Assembly (NCBI GenBank): GCA_016748015.1
Contig: JAAOMT010000168.1
Location: 76,190 to 140,189, forward strand
DNA length: 64,000 nt
Direction: 5' to 3'
Source: Geosiphon pyriformis uo1
Taxonomy: Eukaryota; Fungi; Glomeromycota
The notes beneath the pieces are model-generated. The model ran no database searches. It was not told the origin of the DNA and saw only the letters and a program-made list of their open reading frames with translations. Within the stretch, counting starts at the first letter, position 1. Every line of letters begins with the position of its first letter. The translations under genes were made by a program, and so were the position numbers. Below, in pieces: positions 39,401-50,114 of this stretch.

Positions 39401-42400
39401 TGAAACCACTATTAATATCTGGAATAATGACGATGAAAGTAAAGCAATGCCAACCAGCTGAAAAGAAAAAGGGAAAGGAAAGGAGAAAGAAGAAGACTTA
39501 TCTGGAAAAGCTAACGAAGCCATAGAAAAAATAACCAGTGACTAGGAAAGAGAATATTTACATAAACCAGTAAAGAAGTCACCTTACATTCTCTTAAAAT
39601 GTCAGGACTGTAAGAAAAAACTCTCTTCTATGGAAGCATGGATCATGCCAGACGAAGACTACTGGACACGAACCCACTACTACTGCAAACCATGCCATAA
39701 AGAATGCTATAGTTATCCAAAATGACAAGGCAAGTGAGACAACAAACCATGTCTCGCTTGTGGCGAACAGTTACTCGATGAAGAAATGTGGAACGACATT
39801 CCTGGTTGAGGAGGAACATGCGACGCTTCATGCTAATACATGATCTTTATCAGCGATTGAATAAGTTACAGCATGCCAATAACAGCTGCTTGGCACCAAG
39901 CAATATCTCGCTTAGAAGGTTACTCACATGATGAAGACAAAATCTGGTGAATGGCCAATGCCAAAGTAGAGGACGCTTCGCCCAGTGAGATTCTAGAGAT
40001 CAAGAACAACTTTCCAGAACCAACAAACATTGTTTTGGTTCTCAACCCAGATGCCTTTCTCAACTTAGAAAACAGTCCAGAAGAATTCCATGAACACTAT
40101 CAGAACTTAGCACTCATCAGAAAAAAGCAGAAACAAAGATTAAAAGAAATAAACACTTGACTATGTGACTATTGTTTGATTCCATGTGACTTCTAATATT
40201 GTAATAAGTGTGATCTTATTTACAATCCACCACCACGCATGATCTACAAGATTTCCAAAAAGGAAGAACCAATCAGCAGCTGCACATCAGAATCAGAATT
40301 GATTTTCAATTCCAATTTAAACTCTGACAAGAATGACAACGAAAACACCGGTTTCAGCTCTATTCAAAATGACATTAACAATGACAACAATTCCAACTCA
40401 GATCCAAACTTTGACCCAAAATATGAACAATATATTGCACTGCCAGACCTCTCCAAAGAACAGAAGTTGAAATGATATAGTGATAATAATGAAGATATCA
40501 TGCCAGAACATGCACACGATACTGATGCTGGATTTGATCTGAGATATCCAGGAAAAGATGCCATTAAATTGGAGCCAAACATGTGAGTATGCATTGATCT
40601 GAGAATAGCTCTAGAGATCCCAGCAACAACCATGGTTCTGTTAGCATCTAGAAGTAGTTTAGCAAAAAAAGTGATTAATATTAGAGGGTAAATAGTGGAT
40701 GCAGGATATATAGAAAATATTAGTGCCATGTTACAAAATGACTCAGAAAAAGCTTACACTATTGAGCCAAATGAAAAGATAGCACAGGCCATATTCCTGC
40801 CACTAGTCAAAGTAGCTAGCTTAGTGTCAGTGGGAACAAGAGAGAAATTAGGGATAACAGCAAGAGGGATACAAGAATTTAGATCAACAGGTAGAATAGA
40901 TATACCAGTTAATATGACAGAGGAAGAAATTGTTGGCCAAGGAAAAATTATCTCAACCGGTCAAACTATTTCCATTTCACTATATAGCCAGTACATGCTA
41001 GCAATAAAAAGGAAGGAAAAAGAACAGAATCAGATTTTTGAAGCAGAACCAACTCTTTGCAAATCAGGAGAGATTGGACTCATCAATCTCCATATACCAG
41101 CCAAAGATTACAGCCACATCAAAATTTTTATCTACAACAACACAGGAAATGTCATAGTGATACCAGCCAGAACCACTATGGGATACTTAAACACTGAAAT
41201 AGAAGATCAACCACCAAACTCCATTCCAAACTTTCCACAGCTTTGTGGATATGTCGACATCATATCACAAACAATCTATGAACAAGACAAATGTTATTTG
41301 CTCCAACCAGAACAATTAGAACAAATGAACATGGGAAATCTAGACCTATTACAACGTATACAGCTCAAGATGTTACTCAACAATTACAATAATATCTTTG
41401 TCAGCAAAAACAAATTTGGCAGAACTGACATCATCCAACATCAAATCAAGACTGGAGATGCAATGCCAATCAAACAGCAAGCATACAGAGTACCACCAGC
41501 CAGCCATGAAATTATTCATCAAGAAATCAACTGAATGCTTGACAATGAGTTAATTCAGCCATCAATGAGCCCATGGTTGTCACCAGTAGTACTCGTCTGT
41601 AAGAAGAATGGAAAGATCCGATTTTGTGTAGACTACAGGAAACTAAATAGTGTAACTCATGGAGACAGTTATCCAACTCTATAGATACAAGAACTATTCG
41701 ATGCTTTTGGTGGAAACAAATGGTTCTTAATGTTAGACTTAAATAATGGTTACTAACAAGTAACCATGGATCCAACCAACAAAGAAAAGATGGCATTTAC
41801 CACCAGAGAAGAGAATTTTGAATTTAAAGTAATGCCATTTGGCTTAACCAATGCACCAGCCACTTTCCAAAGACTAATAGAAATTGTTTATATGGGTTTA
41901 TTGTGGAAATCAGTAGTTGTATACTTGGATGACACTAATGTATTTTCAAAAACATTTGATGATCATCTTCATCATCTTCAACAAGTGTTCGAAAGACTAA
42001 GAAAAGCAGGACTAAAGTTAAATACAACAAAGTGTTTCTTTAACAAGACAGAACTAAAATTCTTGGAACACATAGTCAGCAAAGACAGCATCAAAACAGA
42101 TCCAGAGAAAATAGAGATAGTAAAGAACTTTCTAGTGCTGACAAATATGACAGAACTGAAATTATTCTTGGGATTTGCCAGCTATTATTGATGTTTTATC
42201 AAGAACTTTTCCAAGATAACACAGCCACTCAACCAACTGCAAACCAAGAATACAAAATATGAATAGACAGAAAGTCAACAAGAAGCTTTTGATATTCTGA
42301 GAAGAAAGCTCATTCAAGCTCCAGTACTGATCTATCCAGATCACAGCAAACCATTCATCATTACTACTGATGCATCTGGCCAAGCATTGGGAGCAGTATT

Positions 42401-42725
42401 ATCTTAGAGAGGACCAGATAGCAGGGAACATCCAGTAGCATATGCCAACAGAGATTTAACACCAGCCGAAAAGAATTATGAAACACTGGAACAAGAACAC
42501 TTAGCAATATACTGGGCAGTCATGAAATAGAAAAAATACTTGAGCCAAAAGTTTGAAGTATACACAGATCACAAAGGATTAACATCACTTCAAAAACAAA
42601 AATTTGGAGATGGAAGACAGTTAAGATGGAAAATGGCACTCATACCATATAATTATACTATACATTATAAAAAGGGAAAAGACAATGGAAATACTAATGG
42701 TTTGTCACAAATGAGACAAATCTAG
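36486..42725 (+). pseudogene. gag-protease-dUTPase-RT-RNase H polyprotein, one reading frame, internal stops
   Basis: ORF-track pieces 36486, 37449, 37887, 38487, 38931, 39201, 39951, 40239, 40695, 41766 and 42540 are all in the same frame; capsid (VWLNNVEKAIAANGW), CCHC CHNCGKQEHIRADC 38196-38237, LILDSAS, FCVDYRKLN, YLDD, TDASG, YTDH. Confidence 0.93.
40500..40895 (+). pseudogene. dUTPase domain within the Gypsy polyprotein
   Basis: All five trimeric dUTPase motifs: DAGFDL, ASRSSLA, IVDAGY, KIAQAIF, RGIQEFRSTG. Confidence 0.92.
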
Positions 42726-42786
42726 GAACATTTCAACCCAAAATATAACAAAACCAGAACAATACCAACAAAAAATATAACAAAAG

Positions 42787-44169
42787 ATGAACATACAAAA
42801 ATATCAATAACTGCAACATTATATAAACACTTAACAGTTCAAGAAGAATTTATCTCAAACAGAATGAAAGAGTATCAAACAACAATCAAAATATTTTATC
42901 ACTTACCAAAATATACTTTATCAAAAAAATAGAAGAGAGCTAGAACAACCAACCAGAGTAATTACAGAGCCAAAAAAAGAGACAATATTATTTAACATGC
43001 ACTCAAATCCAACAACAGGACACTTTCACAAAGAAGCAACCATGGAAAGAACCAAAAAAAAATACTATTGGCCATCAATGTATCCAGATATCATCCAATA
43101 TGTTCAAAATTGTGATGCTTGTCAGTGAAGAGGAGGTACAAAACCCAGTGAACCATTAAGACCAATCAAAGTGGGACAACTATTTAACCATATTGAAATT
43201 GATTTAGTTGGACCATTAATAATTACCAGAGGAAGAAACAGATACATAGCAGTAGCCATGGACTATCTCACTAAATGGCCAGAGACAAAAGCAATTCAAA
43301 GAGCGGATGCAGAATCCATTGCCAAATTCATTCATCAAGATTTAATTTGTCGACACGGATGTCCAAAGGAATTATTATCAGACCAAGAAACTCATTTTGT
43401 AAACAAAACATTAACAGAATTGAGCTAAAGATTCGGAATTAAGAGATCACTATCATTATCATACCATCCACAAACCAACAGATTAGTTGAAAGATTTAAC
43501 AGAACATTATGTGAAACAATAGCTAAGCTCAGTTAAGAAAACCAAAATGATTGGGACGTGTTAATATCAGCAGTACTATTTGCTTATCGAACAATGAAGC
43601 AAGACACTACACAAGCAATACTATTTGAATTAATATACAGTAGAACAGCAATATTACCAGTGGAGATAGAGGTCAACACATATCCAACTGAACCAATAAC
43701 AGAAAAGAATTTCTAAGAAACATTATTAAAAAGAACATATAACTTAATGGAAATATTGGAAAACAAATGAAAAAAAGCAGCTGATAACATACAAAAGTCA
43801 CAAGAGAAACAGAAAAAAAGACATAATAATCAACTATCAAACAAACCAGTTGAATTCAAGATTGGAGACAAAGTACTCTTACATCATACCAAAGCGGAAA
43901 AACAATAGAGTGGAAAATTTGACTCCAAATAGAATGGACCATTTCACATAGAAAAAATTCTAGGGAATAGAGCTTACAAATTAAGACTGGACAACAAAAT
44001 CTTAACCAAAGCAGCACATAGAGATCGACTGAAACCATACCACAACACCATACTACCATCCACCAGTAATATTCCACAATTAGGAGTACAGAGAATACTA
44101 GTCCAATCAGATCAAATTCCACGAGATCTGGAACCAATTATTATTATTAACAACAACACATCAAATTGA
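42787..44169 (+). pseudogene. Integrase (HHCC, DDE core, GPF motif), separate ORF
   Basis: ATG 42787; HSNPTTGHF, CDACQ, IDLVGPL, SDQETHF, LVERFNRTL, GPFHI; ends LEPIIIINNNTSN*; no chromodomain visible. Confidence 0.92.
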
Positions 44170-44193
44170 TCCATCAAAAAAATATATAAAGAC

Positions 44194-44853
44194 ATGGTAA
44201 ATATGACAGGAAATATCAGAAAAATAGAAATTACAGACAACATTCACTCACTAGTACAACAACTTTTTTAATTGATCCAACACCAGGAAATAGAGATTAT
44301 AATCAATTAACAAACCATTCGATATCAAGATACTAGAAAGACATTGCAATCTAGAACACAGAAGAAAACTGAAAATACTGTGGACAAAATCATTGTGAAA
44401 GTAAAATTAGCAATAAGAGAGTTGACAAAAGAGTCACTATATCAAGAATTGACTAAAAAAACTTGGAATTAGTAGATACAACAATTTTCATGAAACTATT
44501 GTTATTTTTACTTGGGACAACATGTAAATATCCAGAATCTATATATAGATAAAACAAAGTGATTATTTGACAAAAAAATACTACAACAATTAGAACATTT
44601 TGTGAGAAAGAATAACTTATCCACACAGACCTGAGCTATATACCAAATATACACAACATTTCAGGATAGACCAGAAATATTACTCAACAAAGCAATAAAT
44701 ATGGTTATCAGTAATCAATTGGGAAAGATTACCAATGCTCAATTTGAAGAATTACAGACCCAAATAACACAAGTAATTTTCAAAAACAAAATCCAGAAAA
44801 TACTTCAAGAGGGGGAATTATATGAGTTGGATTTCAACAGAGCTCAATATTAA
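44194..44853 (+). pseudogene. ORF3 of unknown function (~219 codons) between integrase and PPT
   Basis: ATG 44194 and TAA 44851-44853 in frame; internal stops consistent with single transitions; homologous segments in three other elements. Confidence 0.75.
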
Positions 44854-44866
44854 AAGGAGAGAATAA
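44852..44866 (+). promoter_or_regulatory. Polypurine tract
   Basis: AAAAGGAGAGAATAA immediately before the 3' LTR. Confidence 0.88.
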
Positions 44867-45720
44867 TGTTACTCATAGAAATATAGGAAATATATTAGCA
44901 TGATTATTAGTCAATCAAAAGTAGGCATAGTAAATGTGGAATTCCAGGATTCCTCTTAGGAATTGCAGGATTCCAGGAATTTCAGAATTCCCCAACAAAG
45001 AATCACAGGATTCCAAAATTTCAGAATTCCAGGAATTCCAGGATTCCTGTCATGAAGAATTGAGGAATTGAGGAATTTTAATTATGTATATATAGCAGCA
45101 GGATTAGAAGCTGAAAAGACAGACCTCTTAGTTTTAGATTTAATCTAAGCAACTCTCCAAATTACAATCATCTAATAAATAACTATTTGTTATCTCAAAC
45201 CCATTTCCACTATCAATACTTTATGTTGATAGTAATTGATACTTAACCACACTAGAACAATAGCTTTTGATCCAGCTATTGACGGAATACTAACTTGCAA
45301 ATTGTCTTGGCTTATTTCTTTTCTTTCTTTATTTTATTTTATTTTCTTTATTTTCTTGCTTTGATTTTATTGTTGTTTACTAACTCTATTGAGGATTAAT
45401 GTGCAGCACACTGACATCAGAATAAACGTGACTAGTAAAAGACCCAGAAATAAGAGTAAAACACTCAATTGAAGATAGCTTACCATGAGAAATACTAACC
45501 ATCAAGCTGAGAAAGAAATTGACAAAACTGTAGTTTCAGAAAGCTACGGATAAAACTATTACCATTGAATCTCTGTCCATTATACAAAGAACTCAACCAA
45601 ACCCTTCAGATACAAAATTTTTATATACCAAACCTTCAGATCATCAACAATAAGAATAGCTTTGAGCACCAAATTATGAGTTTGTATTTAATTCAACATC
45701 AGAAATTGTCATCTGTAACA
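44867..45720 (+). repeat. 3' LTR
   Basis: TGTTACTCATAG...TCTGTAACA. Confidence 0.96.
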
Positions 45721-47580
45721 TTATATGTACTAAAATCTTATTAATCTTAAGGCTAAAAACACTACTTAAAACCAAATACTTATTAATAAATTATTTAAGC
45801 ATAGTAATCATAAAACCAACTGACATAATAATAGACTCAATTAAAATAGAAAGCTTGACCAAATTAGATTCCAGAAAAGCCAACTGAAAAAAAACCACAA
45901 AATTATTAGTTATTATATTAGCAGAAAAAGCTAAACCAACCAAAGAACAAAAAGCTAAAAAGATACAAAAACAGTAGCTTTGATATAAAACTTGTTGTTA
46001 ACAACACAAGAAATAAAAGTCTTGAAAATTTTAAAAAAGAGAGATAAAAACACTTTATAATTTAAGTTAAATAATCTAAATTTTAATACTAAAAACAGCA
46101 CTAATTTTCAGAAATCTTTTATTATATATGATACTTTCTTAGTATACTAATTTTAATAACTATGATATCTAAATTAATTTGAGATTCAAACATAATTAAA
46201 GCAAACCAGAAACAATGGTTAAAATCAAGAAAATAAAAAATAAAACATATCTGATTATTAATCTGAAAAATCATATTATTAATTTCAAAAGCAGTATAAT
46301 TAAAGAAACAATTAATCAACTTGGCCTTAAATCTATCATAAAATATAATAGTTTTATTTTAATTTATTAAGAAGAAGATTCTAACACTATTTTTACTTAC
46401 CAAAACTGACCAATAATTCAAAGTAAATACAATAGAGTTCAGTTTATTAAAATAAATAATCACATATTGTCAAATTCTAACAGATTTCAATATAATATAA
46501 ACAACCTTATTAAACATACTAAGAGCTATTATGATATTAGCAGTAAATACACCCAAAGATATATTATACAGTACAATAGTAACAGAAAGAGAACTACTCT
46601 TAAAAACCACCAAAAACTTGGTAATTTTAAGAGTAATTAAATAAACAAAGCTCATAAGCTCAACCAGAAAAGCAGCTTTTAAAGACTTCTAAAAAGCAAA
46701 CTTCATACAAAAAAGCTTTACATTGTTTTTTTACACCAACTTTACATCCAAAAATCCATGTACAAACTGAAAAACAGTCTTAATATAAGCTAATTTAATC
46801 TTAAAAGTAGTATTAAACACCAAAAAAAAAGTCTATTTACTTAGTAAATCTTTAACAACTAATAATAATTTCTTAAACACTATTAGTAGCAGCACCAAAA
46901 ACCAGCAGAAGAAATGATTTAGTTTTCATTTGGTTAATTTAGTTTTTAAAAACAGATGACTTTATAGAAAATAGTTGCTTTACTTTTATAATTGATAAAA
47001 ATCTGTTAAAAGACTTTATATTTAACAATACAGCTAATAATAAATCTTGATTTATTTTAAATAACATATTAGATAATACAATAGAAATTTTATCTAAGAT
47101 CTTATCTAAAACCACAAAAGAGTTTGGTGTAATAATAACAAAGACAAGTGACTGTTTCCATTTTTTTGAAACTTTGGTTTTTTTGATCATTATTTTTAAA
47201 GAAGCAGTACTAAAAGCACTAGGTGTAAAAACTATAATAAGAAAATTTAGCTTATTAATTAGTCTGTTATTAAAAACTTTTGGGTTTTTAGAAGGAGTAA
47301 AAGCAATTTTAGAACTATTTCAAATGTGTTTCTTTAAAAAAATTTTGACTAGTAAAAAATCAGTTAAAGATACAAAGATATTTTAGTGACTACTAAAAAC
47401 AGTTTTTTATTATTATTAACTAAAAAAAAAGCTTTTAAGATGTTTTACTTAGTTGTTTTTACAACAAAAAGAACTTTTTTAGTTAAAACTTTGTGAAATA
47501 TTAAAAAAAAGTATCAGTTACAGCTTTTTTACTCTTTGTTTTAATTGTGATTATAAAATTAAAAAGACAAAGAGATGTTT
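45721..47580 (-). mobile_element. ORF1-only LINE derivative, 5' segment
   Basis: Minus-strand ORFs 46939-47190, 46470-46655 and 46122-46319 resemble LINE ORF1 (e.g. TAFEINNMIFQINNQICFI vs TAYDLSGLLESYNEKTCFI); LINE-like 5' end CATCTCTTTGTCTTTTTAATT..TAATCACAAT; frame rejoins 35558 after removing the Gypsy. Confidence 0.8.
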
Positions 47581-48174
47581 TTTTTAATATAATATTATTA
47601 CTATTTATAAAAAAAATAAAAATTAAATTTTTTAATTAATATATAATATAAATTAGTTAATTATATATATTAAAAATAGTAAAATAACTTAATATTAAAA
47701 CTTTAAAAATATTAAAATTATTAATAATAATTCAAAAAATATATAAAAATAATTAAAAATATTAAAATATTTAGCAAATAAAACAGATTTTTTTGTTAAA
47801 ATAATTACTTTTTAACTAAATAATTATTAATAAAATACAAAAAACCATCAAATTTTGTTAAATTTTTTTTTAAATCTTAAATAAACTATTAATATTAAAG
47901 AAACAAACTTATTTTTTATTAAAAGTAAAATTTAAAAATAATAAAAATAGTAATAGTGTTTATTAAAAAAAAAAATAATTAAAAAAGTTTATTTTTATTA
48001 AAAGTTAAATTAAAAAATATTTTTAAGATAAAAATAATAATATAAAAAATCTTTCTTTTGTTAATCCTCTGACCATAATAAGAGCATAGATAACTTTGGA
48101 GAAGTCATTTTTCATTTTTTTTTTTCCCTCAATCTCTATTAGGTATTTTTTCCATTATATCCCTGTTTGTTGTA

Positions 48175-50114
48175 ATGAACCTGATGGGCACTTCTGCTAA
48201 TGACTCTGGTTTAGTTTCAGCCAGTTTGGAAACCTGTCAAAGTGTGAAAAAAAAACATGTAGATATGATCTACTCTAAAGGTACATCCTATAAAAAGCCA
48301 AAAAAGTCTATTGTCAATGATATGGTTAACTCATCAGCTAAACTTTTGAGCATAGAAAATATTGGTTGCACTGGTGTCAAGCCAGTAGTGTCTTAGAAAA
48401 GTGAGGTTGGCAGTGTTACTAACAATGTAAGTAATCTCTCAGATGTTAAGAATATGGCAAACATAATGGCCAAAGAAATTAGTTATGTAAAATCAAATGA
48501 AGACAATAATATAGACAAGACTACATCAAGAAAAACTTGCACTTAGATGTACGTGCTGGGCAACTTACTAAAGCAACTTTTTTTTGAATGTATGAGTAAT
48601 GACAAAGTTGTGCTGAAGCTTCCTCTTTGTGTAAATAATAGGTCCAATCAGTTGCCACTGCTCGAATTATGTGTTCTGGGAATACAAAGTTTTAATTTGA
48701 CAAAATCTTTTGTGCTTGATATCAAGCTTTCTGTAGTACCAGACAAATCAGTTAGTGATAAATTAATTTCAATAAAAAAAATTTTTTATTGAGTGAATGG
48801 TTTTGAAAAAGTCTCAACTCTCTCAAAATTTTCAGAGATCATCAGATCTTCTTTTACATCTGAGTTAAGTCTGAATAAGGCTAAAAAATTGGCAATCTGT
48901 GAGAAAATTTTGGTAAACAATGATGTTAGAAAGCTGAGTATTTGTTCAAATCAGGAAGTGATTGTCAAAAAAATTCCAGTCAATCTTCTCAAATCAGCTA
49001 TAGAATCAGTTTTTTCTAAATTTGGTAAGGTAGTTTCAATCAAGATACAACTGATTGGTCTTTGGCAAAAGCTTTAGTAGAGTTTGAGTCATCTGAAGTT
49101 GCTAGCTTGGTTGCCAAATGGTCAGTTTTTATGGGAAAAGATTCTGTACATGTGGCTTTGACTGTGAATGATAAAGAATCATAGGTAATAAGGAATCAGC
49201 ATCGAGCTTTGCTCTACACTCTTCTTATTGGTATTACTGCTTATGATTTGTCAGGTTTGTTGGAATCATATAATGAGAAGACTTGTTTTATTGGTCACAA
49301 TTCAAGCTCATATGTTTGTAATAGATATGCAGTGATTTGTTTTGAGAATAAGACATCTAAATTGGCTGTTATTGGTTCTGTTCCAGTCTTTAAGAGTGTG
49401 AATTTGCATTGGGCTGGTCTTTTTTTGGCCTGTTGTGTCAAGTGTAAACAATTTGGTTATATCTTTAATGTGTGTTTGATTGGTGAGAATTCTGGAATTT
49501 GTGTTAAGTGGGTGGTAACTGATCAGAATTGGGTTTGTTTGACCAGTATTTATAAAAAGAAACAGGCTCTTGTTATCTGTCCAGTCTTTTTTGATAGTAA
49601 AACTTGGGCTCAAGTTGTTGGTGGTTTTTTATTTCATGTGGCTCTCTTACTTCTTTTTGGTGCTAGTCTGTTTTCTGGTCCCAAGACCTCTTCATTTGCC
49701 TCTGTTTTCTCTAGTGATTTTGACTTGTATGACCATTTGGCATCTTTGAAATGCTCTTTGGAGCTTCTGGCAGACCAGATTTCTGGTATTTTAAAAAAAA
49801 TGAGTTTCACAGAATTGGTACCCCTAGTGATCACTTTTAAAGTCTCTTTTCCAGTTATTCTTGTGTCTGTAGTCTCTAGTTTGAAGTCGGATATGGCTTT
49901 GAATGGTGCATTGGTGTTTTCTGCTCTTCCTCTTCCAGTTGTCAATGATACAGTTACTGATTTAAGTTTAAGTAATACTAAGGTTTTGACCACCAAAATT
50001 GGTGGTCTGAAATCCAAGATGGTAGCTTTGAAGGTGTCTGTTAAATCTGTTTTAAAGAAATGAGACCATTTGTGCTTGGGTTTGGATTCATTGGCTTTTT
50101 TTTCTTCTCAATAA
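48175..50114 (+). pseudogene. LINE ORF1 (gag-like, CCHC knuckle relic)
   Basis: ORF-track 48175-50063; IESVFSKFGKVVSIKI RRM-like segment; CVKCKQFGYIFNVC. Confidence 0.88.

Larger units (their letters stand above)
35563..45720 (+). mobile_element. Structurally complete Ty3/Gypsy LTR retrotransposon, family A (~10.2 kb), inactivated by point mutations
   Basis: Paired TG...CA LTRs, PBS, PPT, order gag-PR-dUTPase-RT-RH-IN, 4-bp TSD TCAT (35559-35562) / TTAT (45721-45724). Confidence 0.97.

Noticed and set aside
47585-48030. AT-rich spacer (also 62950-63880) possibly another TE relic
   Set aside because: Could not recover convincing motifs by eye; left unannotated
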